Source: Octopus vulgaris
Lineage: Eukaryota
Direction: 5' to 3'
Assembly (NCBI GenBank): GCA_951406725.2
Contig: OX597833.1
Location: 73,498,532 to 73,562,531, forward strand
Length of the DNA: 64,000 bases
The notes beneath the pieces were generated by a model. The model made no database searches. It was not told where the DNA came from and worked only from the letters and a program-made list of their open reading frames with translations. Of this stretch, positions 25,560 through 38,329 are shown one piece after another (the stretch's first letter is position 1; each line of letters starts with the position of its first letter). The position numbers were made by a program, and so were the translations under genes.

Positions 25560-26470
25560 GCAATGGATTAAACATAATTAGAACGAATATGAAGGATTCT
25601 CCCTGAAATTATTTTATGATCCTTCAGATTAACCATCAGTTTTTTTAGTTTCTTCAAATGTCCACCAGGAAATAGATGTCTGACCAAAAACATTGTATAG
25701 AAATGTAATGTTAAAACTAATCTACACACGTTCACTTATGTAGATACCACTTCTTCCAACTTTAAATTGTAATCGTCTTCATACATTTAGAAAGTGGGAA
25801 TAAAACGATAACAACTCCCACAAAAGTCTGGGAGTTAAATGCTAAACCTTTTGTCAGTGATAGACATGACTGCAATCTTTACTGTTTGGAAATGTGGGAA
25901 ATCTTAAAATCATTTAAATTAAAATCTAGTCTAGATTGGCTGCATTAAGAATCAAATGCCTACGTTTTATCTTTATAATTTCCTTATACTTTAAACCAGT
26001 TCTATAAACCAGTTTTGAGCACTATGTACATATCTATAACACTACAATATAGACTTTAATTAATATTAATAAGATTCATGGATTATATTCAAGTAGTCAA
26101 GCATATTTTAATACTATTAATACTAATAACTGATCCTATTTAAGCTACTTTCGTGCACCCTTAGTCCTGACACCAAATACTGATGATTGTAATTTGATAT
26201 GATTTATAACTTAATAACTTCATTCAGTTTCCTACTAATCTTAGGTGGTCTCTTTATAATGTTTGCTTTTTCCTCCCTAGTTATGCCCTTTCTAATTCTT
26301 TATAATTTGTTATAATCCTTAAAATTCATTTACCATTTTTTAACGTTTACGGTCCCCATAATTTTTCATTATTAGTGACCTGACCCATCTTCTTGCAGGA
26401 TTTCAATTCAGTTGCTTTATTCTCCACAATTATATGACAAAACTGGTTAATAGAAATGTTGGGAGGGTAA
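25560..26470 (+). mobile_element. Decayed Penelope-like 3' remnant (copy B at ~53197-54105)
   Basis: AKPFVSDRHDCNL..LEMWEILK resembles the CxLC..EK..IL C-terminus of PLE proteins; weak. Confidence 0.4.
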
Positions 26471-26569
26471 CCAATGGGTCTCAATCCTCAGTGAGATTGG
26501 CAGACTGGGCGGAGGAGACTGTTACTGAGGTCCCACGGTGAGGAAGGCAGTACCAGTAGGCATTGTGGA

Positions 26570-27985
26570 GTGCCTAGAACATGACGACACGCTATGGAAC
26601 AAAGGAGCCAAATCAAACTGGGAATTCCAGGGGAATTTCCCTGCTTTCCGTTGATGGAAAAATCCTGGCCCACATCTTTTTCAATATTCTCATCAACAAC
26701 ATCTCCAAGAGCGACTCGCCTGAAGCCCAGTGTGGCTTCTGCCCAGGCCACAGCACCATGGACATGGTGTTTGCTGTGCGTCAAGTTAAGGAGAAATGTA
26801 TTGAACAACGGATGGATTTATACTCTGTGTTCATAGACCTGACCAAAGCTTTTTGGATCATGCTAACCAAGCATGGCTGCCCACACAAGTTCACCACACT
26901 GATAAGACTCTTTCATGGCAATATGAGCAGTGAAGTTTTTTTGCAATGGTGACCACACCAACTCTTGACATTGGGGCACGAAACAGGGCTGAGTGCTCAC
27001 CCCCATCTTGTTCAATTTGTTCTTCACACAGGTCCTGCTTTACACAGTGAAAGACCTAAACCTGGGCATATACATCAAAATATCATTCAGACTGGTCTGT
27101 TTTTCCTCCTCCACTCACTCTCTGCTTGAACCAAGACACTGGAAAAGCTCATCACAGAAGCCCTATTTACAAATGACAGTGTACTTAGGGCACACAAGGA
27201 AAATCACCTGCAGACCATTGTTGATCACTTTGCAGAAGCATGAAAGCTTTTGGACAGATCATCAGCCTTGACAAAACGGAGACCCTAGTCCAAGCAGCAC
27301 CAAACACATTTCACTCCAGCCAAACACCACCATTGAGGGAGTCCAGCTTAAGTGTGTGGAGAGTTTCAGGTACCTTGGTAGCACAGTCTCAGCCGATGGA
27401 TCATTGAACAGTGAAACATTATCCAGAATCCGCAATGCCAGTTAAGAAGCACTTGGAAGACTGAAAATGAAAGTCGTCCAGCAGAAAGGCATCAGACAAT
27501 CGACAAAGCTCAAGATCTACAAGGCTGTAGTCATTTCTACACAATTCTATAGAGGGCAAGCATGGGCCCCCTGGCATCAGCACATCAAACAGCTGGAACA
27601 GTTTCACACAAGAGCATTCACTGGTAGGACAGTGTGACAAACCAACAAAAGTTTGTTCAACAAGCATTCAGTTAATGTTGCTGAAGGTTCAGTTATACTG
27701 GACTGACCATGTCATCAGAATGGCTGACAACTGTGTACTCAGACAGCTGTTCTACAGTGATTTCATGCAGGGCTCATACAAACCAGGAAGGCCTAAACTG
27801 AGGTACCAAGGCACCCTGAAAAGTAACCTAATTATCTTGAGACTAGCAAGAGAAAGACATCATAGGACAGCATCCAGCTCAATTCAGTCAATAGACTACT
27901 GATGTGATATCTGTGTGCTTCCAGTTTCGGATTGGGAAGTCACGTGTGCTCTCATCACTGTGAACACAGACTTTGTCATCATTAG
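26570..27985 (+). mobile_element. RTE-clade LINE, 5'-truncated and decayed (copy B at ~54205-55620)
   Basis: GNSRGISLLSVDGKILA, PEAQCGF, STMDMVFAVRQVKEKC, FIDLTKAF, LFTNDS (LFADD-like), FRYLGS, QLYWTDHVIRM, GRPKLRY. Confidence 0.9.
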
Positions 27986-29361
27986 ATACCTATGGACTGC
28001 CTTTCATAAATTATTTTGTTTTCCTTTCCTCTGAAATTTTGCAGAGACTTTCACTATTCCTTGCATTCTTTTTGCTAAAGTTATTTTCCCTGTGTAATAA
28101 TTAGCTGGATTGGCCTTAATTAAAGTTAATAGTTTGTTAGTTCTCCAATAATTAACCAGAGCACTTTAATCATGAGGAATTAATTAAAAGAATAAGTCAA
28201 ACTGGAATTTATTAACCATATCATTCTGATGCCCTAAACAATCTCACTCAGTAAAGGACTAATTTTGTCTTTTTGAGAACATCAGCAACTGGCTTCGAAA
28301 ATGTTACGAGAGGGTCAAACGTCATGCTTTTGGTACCTGCTATCTGTTGGGCTATAAGCCTGATGTGACCAGTACCAGCTTTTAGGAGTAATGCTGCAAC
28401 ATTTAATGACACCTTTAGAACTGATCTGCCATTTAGCTATTCTATAATTGACAACTTCTTTCTATTCTTCACTCGTGGAATTGACTGATTGTAGTACCAT
28501 CCACTTTAAGGTAAGATCAACAACAAAAGTGTTCCATTGTGTGAGAGCTAAATATCACTTAATGTACACAGGTAAATGTACATTCTAGTTTTATATCTGT
28601 ATACCAAAATACATTAAATAATACACACACACACACAACTTTACCCATAGAAAGAGTGGCAAAATTACTTGAGTTTATGTGAAACTGGATCAACGTGTGG
28701 TGTTGTCCCAATTTCAGCCAGCCTCCAAGTGTGCACATCTGGAAGCCATTACACAAAAGTATATGAGATGTGAATATCGATCTATTTAACCATGTGACTT
28801 CCATATGATTCTGACCATTTCTCAATCTTCTTTATTTAGTATTAATTCCAGTATTCAAGACATTACGTGTGCATGATTGCAGTAATATGTATGTTATGCA
28901 TTGTACAAGAGAAATGTACATTCCCAACTGAAAGTAAAGAAAGAAAGCTAGCTCATCAGATCAGCAGAACATCATGGTTACAGCATAGTTCTATCAGCAG
29001 CTCAACTCTAAATACACACACGGGACTCATTCATTTAGAATTCTTACAAAAACTCGTATTGCAGATAGAGATGCTACAGAAACAATTCTAACATTTAATT
29101 AGAGACATGTAAAAGAATTTTCTCTGTCTTCTTCTTTTCATTAGTATATATATATATGTTGCCCTCTAAAGAAACTGTCCAACATTTGAGTCGGTATAGG
29201 CCCTCTAAAGAAACTGTCCAACATTTGAGTCGGTGTTTGAGGTATAAGGACACAGCTGTGTGCCGGAAGCCAGCTGAAAAACATGTTTTCCGGGGGATAA
29301 AAAAAGGTAGTAATATTGTCCTAATTGGGACTGCCAATTTACAAATAGATTTTACTCCCTC

Positions 29362-29410
<49 letters not shown>

Positions 29411-29524
29411 ATATATATATATATCAATATGGAACAAATAATTCCCCAGGAATTTTCACACTGGTGACTGCCATGATTCGGTGCAAAACAAATCATGATG
29501 GGTTGGGGCTCTATATCATGGTAA

Positions 29525-29577
29525 CGTATGCTGAGGAAGGTGAGACTATAATGCCAGTCTAGAAACCAGTCCATGTG
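29525..29577 (+). ncRNA. Degenerate minimal type I hammerhead ribozyme (copy B at 57357-57409)
   Basis: cgtatg-CTGAGGA-..agact/agtct..-GAAA-CCAG-TC-catgtg; core intact, stem II imperfect, stem III palindrome broken (CCAG). Confidence 0.5.
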
Positions 29578-29694
29578 AGTTCAAATACTTGAATGCATGC
29601 TGAGATTGTCTTAGCCCGTTTGCCTTTGGATGGTTGATTTCTGTAGTTGTTATCAGCAGGTAGACATACTTAGTATGTCCTTTGATTAATTTTA

Positions 29695-29766
<72 letters not shown>

Positions 29767-29851
29767 ATACAAATATGGAGATAAAGATTTTCAAGCACAG
29801 AATAATGCATGAAAAGTATCGTATCCTTATATTGCAGAAAAATTTGTCAGC

Positions 29852-29924
29852 AGCCAGCCATGAGACTTGAACACTCATCTCTGTGATTACCAGTCAAGCA
29901 CTTTATCTTTAAGCTAAGATGCCC
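29852..29924 (-). pseudogene. tRNA-like sequence (Thr-GGT-like loop), SINE head or pseudogene (copy B at ~57658-57730)
   Basis: Minus strand gggcagc...gctggct acceptor-like pairing in copy B; ctggtaa anticodon loop; gttcaagt T-loop; stems imperfect. Confidence 0.45.
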
Positions 29925-30149
29925 AGTGACAAATTTTTCTGCAAATTCTAAACTTATAAACTTAGCTTTTTTATAGACGCTGCATGTGAAATTCAGATTA
30001 CATTATATGTAGACAAAGTTTGCTTTATTGGAAGTGTTGAGATGTATTGAGACAGACACATATGGAGAGAAATATTTTCAAGTGCAGAATAAAGCATGAA
30101 CAGTGTTAATAGCATAATATCGCTGTTCAAGCATTATTCTTAAAGGTAA

Positions 30150-31100
30150 AGCAAATAACTTTCACCCCTCTCTGTTCCCTTAATATAAAACTAACATTGG
30201 TTAAGGATTCCTATCATTCCTAGACAAACACTTTTCAGCCACTCACAGATACAGGAAAATATTTAATAGGCTTTCTGTGAAATTATCATATAGCCCCAAC
30301 TGCAACTGTCACGACCCAGGATCCTCTCCACTTAACCAACGCTGTGCGACTAAACCTATCTTATATGAGGCAGAAGTTTCTGCAACCCGAAACAATAATA
30401 CAACTGATGAGAAGACGTCTACTGGATTATGTGAAAGAATTTAGAAAGCACTCATGCCAGTCATATAGCCTCCTCCTCCTCCTCCTCCTCCTGACATAGG
30501 GACAAAATGAAAACTACAAAGTTCGCTAGCTACGTATGGACTTTGAAAGATATTGAAACACTTCATGTGATTAAATGGAAAGTAATCCATACTTGATGTG
30601 AAGGGATCGAATGAATGTAGACTTTGTTTGGCTGAAAGAGCACAGATCCTGTTCTGATCTAAGATCCTAACTCTCTATTGAACTCCAGGTCAGGAATTTT
30701 CACTGCTTGCACGCATATGTATAAATACATTTTAAAGAATTGGAAAATTCTGCCTATTCCTGACCGACTTGATATCTTTCCAGCCTTATCCTTTAAGGTC
30801 AAAGGAGGAGGTTTGCTCTTTTACCTTTTTACTTTTTATTTTGGACATTTTAGTTTCAGTTTTTCTCTTTTCCTTTTTCTCTCGTTTACTGTCTGTGTTT
30901 TCTATAAGCTGCCTTCTCAGTTTATTTTGCATTTCTTCTATCATTCAATTTCTTTAGTTCGTTTGTGCCTGAAGGATATGTTTGAGTTCTCTCCACATAT
31001 GAAACTATTAGTAGGGTTTTAATGCATCTATTGTGACCTTTAAATAAATAATATTTATCTCTCACCAGATGAAGTACTTTTTTTGTTGAATTTTCTTCAC
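30150..31100 (+). mobile_element. Penelope-like element 3' part (GIY-YIG region and UTR) (copy B at ~57955-58910)
   Basis: FLSFLDKHFSATHRYRKIFNRLSVKLSYS, CNC, YEAEV, YTGLCE, YVWTLK, NECRLCLAE; degenerate hammerhead-like motif at ~30965-31015. Confidence 0.8.
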
Positions 31101-31140
31101 GGATCAGTACATTATATATATATATATATATATATATATA

Positions 31141-32410
31141 CGAGGGGCGTTCAATAAGTAATGCCCCTGACTCACTTGCAGTTGTTTGATCTAGCTGAAA
31201 TTTTGCATGTGCACTTATTTATACCTCTATAGATTAAGTGGCGAATTACAGCTCTGAACTAATTGTGGTTTCTGATTTACAGGTGTTTGAACTGAGTCAA
31301 GTGTGAAATGGAGCCTGTTGAGTGTCGAGCAGTGATCTGGTTTTTGTATTTGAAAGGACGCACACCACGGGAGACTTTTGATGAAATGAAAGTAACTTAT
31401 GGTGATGATGCCCCATCATATGACCTTGTAAAACGCTGGCATCGTGAATTCAAACATAGTCGGAACTCTGTGGAAACAGCTCCCAGATCTGGTTGCCCCC
31501 TTCTGCCGTTGATGAGACGTCTGTCTGTCAAGTTGAGGCTGCCATTTTGGAAGGTCAACGCATAACTATTCGCCAAATAGCCCATAAGGTCAAGATTAGT
31601 ACCGGGTCTGTGGAAACTATCATTCATGGCCATTTGCATATGCAAAAGGTGTCTGCCAGATGGATTTCCAGGTTGCTCACATCTTTCCAGAAGCAAGAAC
31701 GCGTTGAGTGCTCGAGGATGAATTTGGAGATGTGCCAAGAAGACGAGTCAAAATTTTTCAAAAGACTGATCACACAGGATAAAACCTGGGTCCATCACTA
31801 TGATCCATAGACCAAAGCCCAGTCAATGCAGTGAAAGCACCGTGACTCACCTCCTCCAAAGAAGGCAAGGGTGCAGCCCTCCGCTGACAAGGTTATGCTC
31901 ACAGTCTTCTGGGACCAGGACGGAGTAGTGATGACAGATTTCCTGGCAAAGGGTACCACAATTACAGGAGCCTATTATGCTTCACTTTTGAGGAAATTAA
32001 GAGAAGCTATCAAAATCAAGAGGCGGGGCAAGATCAGCAAAGGCATCCTCCTCCTGCAGGACAACGCTCTGGTCCACAACTCGCATGTCGCCAGATCAGA
32101 AGCACAGGCGTGCAGCTATGAACTCCTCCCATTGCACCCTCTGATTTTCACCTCTTCCCAGCCATGAAGTTGATTTTGAAAGGAAAGCGTTTCCCAGATG
32201 ATGCAGCCTTGATTTCTGAAGTCACGTCGTGGTTGGAGGACCAAGCTGGGGTCTTCTACAAAAACGGTCTCCAGAGCTGTATCAAACGATGGGAGAAATG
32301 CATAACTCTGAGTAGTTCCTATGTAGGAAAAGACTAATAACTGTGCCAAGTTTCGTTGCTCTACTGCTGTGGGAAGTGGGTCAGGGGCATTACTTATTGA
32401 ACGCCCCTCG
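31141..32410 (+). mobile_element. Mariner transposon, full-length and decayed (copy A)
   Basis: TIR cgaggggcgttcaataagtaatgcccctgac at both ends; TA flanks; VSARWI, ITQDKTWVHHYDP, KVMLTVFWD, LLQDNA. Confidence 0.95.
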
Positions 32411-32439
32411 TATATATATATATATATATATACACATAT

Positions 32440-33217
32440 ATAATTACAACAAATATATTACATCTTGGACACAGAGTTTCAATAACGTTTTTTGTTACTC
32501 CCCTGAATCAGAGGGCAAAATAAACCCTTATAGACCCAACGAGGCCTAACTAGGAAATGGAGAGATCCAATTTTCCAGTAAGCAGCACTTGAAGTGGATG
32601 CATTTAGAAAACACTTCTTTACAGCTAGTTAATGTGCCAGGTTTCTTATAGTCCTTAAGAATTTTGGCTCTCTCTGCAACGACCACTTCCATTAATATAC
32701 AGGCCCCAGATGATTGATTAATTTCCACCTGATGTCACATGGCGTCCCTTGTTCTTTGAGGTGCCAATGACGTGACAAACCGTCTTTCTGGGACTCTGAT
32801 GGTGGTTAAGAAAACATTGCTTGAACAAAGTACTAGCAGAACCAATATACTATTCACACCCTTGGTAATATATGGCATGGGTCTGGTCATCCCATCAGTG
32901 TCAAAGATAAATATTTGGTCATCTTCTGAGGTGGCAAAACTGGGAAAGGCGGATACCTACTCCAAGCTGCTGGTCCTGAATAGGTCATTACTTCTAGGTG
33001 TGGTGTTTGTACTGGAGGTAACATACATTGTGGGCCTCGAGTTCTGAGCGTTTTCTCACGTCTGCGACATAGATATTTAAAATTTTGTATTTATGTAGAG
33101 TCTGACGAGCTGTCCACAAGGCTTTGCTTTGTGGATGCAAAACCTTGGGTAACTCTGTGTCCAATATAAAATTTCTGCTGTAACAATTACTGCTCTATTC
33201 TTTAAAGTGTGCTTCTT

Positions 33218-33269
<52 letters not shown>

Positions 33270-33497
33270 TTATTTATTAACTATATAATCAATAAAAACA
33301 TATATCAGAAAAGAAGCACATTCTAAAGAATGGAGCAGTAATTATGACGACAAATATTTTAATTTTAGACAAAGAGTTACCAAAGGCTGCGTATCCACAA
33401 AGCCAAAGCCTTGTGGACAGCTCATCAGACTAGACAAAGGCAAAAAACATTTAACTTTCTACGTGGCGGACGTTAAGGAAAAGCTCAGAAATCGAGA
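32440..33497. mobile_element. Penelope-like 5' region with inverted pseudo-LTR copies (copy B at ~60240-61303)
   Basis: ~190-bp imperfect inverted arms 33038-33226 and 33300-33497 around (TA)n; each arm holds a hammerhead-like motif; a third partial copy near 32440. Confidence 0.55.
33097..33156 (+). ncRNA. Degenerate type I hammerhead ribozyme
   Basis: AGAGT-CTGACGA-(tccacaagg/tttgtgga stem II)-aAAA-ccttgg-GTA-ACTCT; GAAA mutated to AAAA, so probably inactive. Confidence 0.55.
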
Positions 33498-33573
33498 TTT
33501 AAGTCTTAACATCTCAAAATGGTAATGAGGAAGGGTTGTCTCCCCTGAAGCAGAGGATTAAAACACCGTTAAA

Positions 33574-33921
33574 GACCCGGAAAAGCCCTTACAGACCCGA
33601 AAACGCCCTTACAGACCCGAAAACACCCTTACAGACGCGAAAACGCCCTTACAGACCCGAAAACGCCCTTACAGACCCGAAACACCCTTACAGACGCGAA
33701 AACACCCTTACAGACCCGGAAACACCCTTACAGACCTGGAAAAGCCCTTACAGACCCGAAAACACCCTTACAGACCCGGAAAAGCCCTTACAGACCCGAA
33801 AACACCCTTACAGACCCGAAAACGCCCTTACAGACCCGAAAACACCCTTACAGACCCGAAAACACCCTTACAGACCCGAAAACGCCCTTACAGACCCGAA
33901 AACACCCTTACAGACCCGAAA
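33574..33921. repeat. 20-bp minisatellite (aaacacccttacagacccga)n, ~17 units
   Basis: Direct tandem repeat; only ~3.5 units at the paralogous site 61380-61448. Confidence 0.93.
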
Positions 33922-34661
33922 AGGCCCAATCAGACAAACGGGGATCTCTAATTTTCCAGTTGTTTACACTTAAAGTGGACACATTTAAAGAAAACTTGTT
34001 CTAAATAAATGTGTAAAGTGGATGGATTCTCTTCTCTTCCTTGTTGTTGACTTTGCTTTTGTCAAGTGTCAGATATTTTTTCGTCTTCCTCGGCAATTCT
34101 AATGAGAATTTTATGACCAGCTCCGATAGTAAACTTTCGGGAACTTTATTCATTCATGTTTGTTTTTTCTTGGTTAAAGTCAGTTAGGTGCAGTTGTTTC
34201 CTTCTTGGGGAGTTTCTGTCTACTAATTACTTCGATAATCTCAACAGACCAAAGGTTTCGTGCGTTCGAATGCGCAAAGGATGTGGATTGGTTATTTTGA
34301 CATTTCAAACTTTTCTATGGCACTAATCCTGTTAGAAACACACGATTATTTCTTCCCACATACTTACACGCACCACATGTCTAGACATGCAAGTGTTATG
34401 CACAAAGATGCATACAAATGCCAAATCGGCACAATTTCCAGGTAGAATATTTTATCTGTCATTGCTTCGCAGCTGTTTTGATGGCGTGTTTTATGTGTTT
34501 CTTTCTTGTTTTCATCTGCCACGCACACTTTGATATCCAAGACCGACTTTCATTCTCTTCACAGCTTCCGTCACCGACACACACACACACACACACACAG
34601 TCATTCACACACGTACACACGCATACAAAGATATATATATAAATCTGTGTATGCGTGTGTA

Positions 34662-34692
<31 letters not shown>

Positions 34693-34893
34693 AATCTGTT
34701 TTATGCTTTATATGTTTTTGTTAGTATTGTTATATTTAAAGAATTATTGAAATAAACTTGTTATACATACATATCTATACACACATACATAGCTGCCTAC
34801 TTACATACATACACACGTACATATACATACCTACACACTAAACAACACAGAGTTAATATTTGTTCATGTTTGTAAATATGTTGATATACTTAC

Positions 34894-34944
34894 AAGTAGA
34901 ATTCCATCCAATTTTTCAATAATTTCCTCGATTTCTTCAGCCAT
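34894..34944 (-). CDS. Coding exon 1 of IFIT-like TPR-TIR gene, copy A (MAEEIEEIIEKLDGILL)
   Basis: aaaATGG start, 17 open codons, consensus donor GTAAGT in phase 0 matching the phase-0 acceptor at 24651; not in the ORF track. Confidence 0.75.
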
Positions 34945-35154
34945 TTTCTGTCTCTCTCTTTTTTTTATCCTTTAAAGCAAATTTATAAAACTAAACAAAA
35001 TAGTTTTGTTTCCTTGTTGTCGACTTTTTTTCTGGTATATTTTGCCAAAAAGAAAATGTAAATTTCTATAAATGATATATTATATATAAAAATGTTCAAT
35101 GCAGTTGAATGTGTCCGATCAACAAATATTTTCTAACAACACAGTGAGTGTCTC

Positions 35155-35316
35155 TTCCCAGAAACGAAACCCGATTGCAATATTGGATACTGTGAACGGA
35201 TTCGAAAAATATAGTTGGGACTGAAGAAGTGAGACAACTGAAGAATTAGTAAAAACTGTTTAACGAAACTTAGAGAATGGTAGAAATAAACGATGTGAAA
35301 GTGTGAAAGTGAAAGT
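35155..35316 (-). promoter_or_regulatory. Putative STAT/IRF-responsive promoter, copy A
   Basis: GAS TTCCCAGAA (35155-35163) overlapping ISRE AGAAACGAAACC (35160-35171); GAAAGT x3 including GAAAGTGAAAGT (35305-35316); TATA-like sequence at ~35080-35088. Confidence 0.6.
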
Positions 35317-36111
35317 TTTGTAGAAAAGAAAATCACTTCCGCGAAAACAATCCGGATATCAAATGGCTAAGAGTCACTAAAATGAAATTCAAGATTCAAA
35401 ATAAAACAGAAGTTCTTACAACAAGCATTAAGTATATTAAAACAAATTTATTTCTTTGGTTTTACTTAAATTTTAAATAAACACAATTTGACCCGTACGA
35501 GGATATAGTAACTGGAATAAACCATTTCGTTCAGCGCCCGACCTGTCAGGTGAAATATTTAGACATGAAACAGCACAGATACTATACCTGTAAGTCAGGT
35601 AGGGTAGCATAGTTTAGGCTCAACTGAAGTCCGAATACTTAGGCAGCAGCTTAACACTACCGTCTCGTACCTGGCTGCATGGCATTTATTGTGGTCAGGC
35701 CTCACTACGGTTGCAGGTGTAACATTCTAGTTTAACGGTAAGCGCTTTGATCATAAATGCATGTAATGTAGACAGGTTTAAATAAATTTGTACTTTTCTC
35801 ATAACACACACACACACACATGTATGTATATTGCTTCAAGCTTCTGTTTTTGTAGGCCAGTCCAACCTCCTTTCGGTTACATGCGACAGTTGTATTCTCA
35901 GAGTATCTACACAGTAGTTATTCTCCAACACTGAAGGTGTTGCTCTTATTTTTGAGTATGTGATGGAATGTACACATTTCTTTCTTTACAGTTCAGCAGA
36001 TGTTGTCTGAGTGATAGAATGCCATGTTCAACGGCCGCCTCGACTGACCTTATGCTCTATTGCTATCACTTTGTTTCGCAAATGTATTTATGTATAGTGG
36101 TATATATGGAT

Positions 36112-36226
36112 CCTTGCCCGGATTGGCCTCACCAGCCACCTCCGGTCTCATAACGGCAGTTCCACCAGATGATGTCAGTGGTCATCTTCGAACCCGAAGG
36201 ACGAACATTATTATTATTATTATTAT
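36112..36226 (+). mobile_element. RTE-clade LINE extreme 3' end with (ATT)n tail
   Basis: Encodes LARIGLTSHLRSH, then a short UTR and attattatt. Confidence 0.7.
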
Positions 36227-36254
36227 ATATGGATGTATGTGTTTAAGTATGTAT

Positions 36255-38180
36255 GCATGTATATATGTCATTATTCAGTTTTATTTTAAGATTTCTTGCC
36301 AACAGAGAAACAGCCAGTTTCTAAACTAGATCCAACGCTCTTTCATTAGAATTTCAACATCAACAAGATATTTGTGTGTGTGTGTGTGTGTGTGCAAATT
36401 TCTATGTCTCTTTTTATGTTTGTTGCCTCAAACATTTACTTGCATATCTAGACATGCTCATATATATTGGGTCATTCGATAAATAATGCAGTTTTTTTTC
36501 AATTGCTTGAGCTAAAAGTTGGATGGAGATAGGATAAACTACTTGCATCAACTTGCTGTAAAAGCAGGTAGTGATTTTACCTTGAATTTATTCTTAGTGC
36601 AAGTTTTGAGGAGTGCAATTCGATTTTAACAGTTATTTTTTCAAAACTATAATGGAAGTGACAAAGGTGGTTATTTTGCTTTATGAGTTCAATAAAGGCA
36701 ACAACGCAACAGAAAGTGCGAGGAATATTAATGCAGTATATGGGGGTCGGATGATAAGTGTAAGCCAGTGTCAACAGTGGTTCCAGAAATTCCAAGTCGG
36801 AAACTACAGCCTAGAAGATGAGCCTCATCCTGGAAGATCTGTAGAATTCAGCAAGGACACCTTGTAAATCCTTGTGGAACAAAATCCCATCGTGACTGTT
36901 GAGGAACTAATAGAGAAGCTTGGATTTGGTCATTCAACCATTCATTGACTCCTGCATGCCATCAGAAAAGTCAGCAAATTGGGTCAATGGGTTCCTCACC
37001 AACTTTCCAAGTCTAATTGCGCACAGAGAGTGAATGTGTGCTCTTCTTTGCTGTCACATCTCACGAATGAACCGTTTTTTGGACCAAATAGTGACTGGTG
37101 GCAAGAAATGGGTTCTCTAAAAAATGTCAAGTGCCAAAGACAGTGGGTAGGGAAAGGAGAAACGCCAGCGGCCCAGGTTAAAGAAGGTCTTCACCCATGG
37201 AAGGTTTTGTTATCTGTTTGGTGGGATATGAAAGGTTTAGTCCACTTTAAACTTTTAAATCCAAACCAAATGAAAACAAAGGAAATCTACTGGGAGCAGC
37301 TTGAGTGGACTCAATTCAGTGCAAGAAGAAAAACAACCATCTTTGGTTTCAAGATGAAAGGTGTTCTTCCATTGGGATAATTCTTTGCCACATACAGTGA
37401 GGATGATATTTCATAGGCTGGAGCAGTTTGAATGGGAACCAATGTCCCACCCACCATATTCGCCAGACATTGTCCCATCTGATTATCATTTATTCTGCAG
37501 TCTTCAAAATCATTTGGACAGAAAAATGTGTATTCTGTAGACAAGATCAGAACAGTACTAGAGGAGTATTTTTCAGCACTAACAAAGTGAATTTTTGGAC
37601 AGGGGCCTTACAAGTCTACTAGATAGATGGAAGAGCATTGTAGAAAATGAAGGAGAGTATATTTTAGATTAAACAAAAGAACTTTGTTTATCTTAATTTT
37701 GAAAAATAAAAGAAGTATTTAAAAAATGCCTTATTTATGGAATGACCCAATACCTAAACGATAAACTTCTAGAAAGTTTTACAGATTTTTAGTTTCAGTG
37801 ATGGCTTAGATCTGTACTTTCTCCTTTCTGGTTTTGAGAAACCTAATTTCTTGAGATTGTTATTTTGGTAGTGTGTTACATATCTCAGTGCTCCATTAAT
37901 TACATATATAAACCTGAGCTTGTAATCTGGATAGAGTAACTGCTGATTTCTCAATAGTTTACCATAGGTATTCTCGTTTTTCACTGATCTTCAGCTTTAT
38001 GTTAACATCCTCAGGGCAGCTAATTTCCACAAATGTACAGAGTTTCTCTTCTCTATCCCAAATCATTATATCAGGTCTATTGTGTTTATATTCTATTAAG
38101 TTTTCACTAGGACATGTATGTATAGCACCTTCACATTTGTTTTGAAGAACTATGAGGGAATACCAACTCTCTTCATTATA
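36255..38180 (-). mobile_element. R4/Dong-like (RLE) LINE 3' fragment interrupted by a mariner
   Basis: HNRPDIMIWDREEKLCTFVEISCP..KENTYGKL; its 3' UTR at 36255-36462 mirrors 40730-40960. Confidence 0.8.
36467..37750 (+). mobile_element. Second mariner family, full-length and decayed
   Basis: TIRs ttgggtcattcgataaataatgc / gccttatttatggaatgacccaa; TA flanks; LYEFNKG, WVPHQL, KVLLSVWWD, YSPDIVPSDYHLF. Confidence 0.93.
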
Positions 38181-38329
38181 TTTATGTAACATATGATTTG
38201 AAGCCTTCCATAACTGTTTGTCCATCATTTACCTTTATTATATGTACACACATACACTCAGGTACATACATACACTTACATGCACACACACACACACACA
38301 TGCATACATACATATATACTCTCAAGGAG

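Larger units (their letters stand above)
17303..35991 (+). repeat. Segmental duplication, copy A (portion with a partner inside the window)
   Basis: Near-identical to 44467-64000; offset 27164 at the left end, 28009 at the right. Confidence 0.97.

Noticed and set aside
31308-32340. Active or domesticated (SETMAR-like) mariner transposase
   Set aside because: Frameshifts, stops and a deleted YSPDL motif in both copies; no SET exon nearby
33536-33973. 145-aa PYRPEN/TPLQT repeat ORF
   Set aside because: Translation of the 20-bp VNTR; not preserved in copy B
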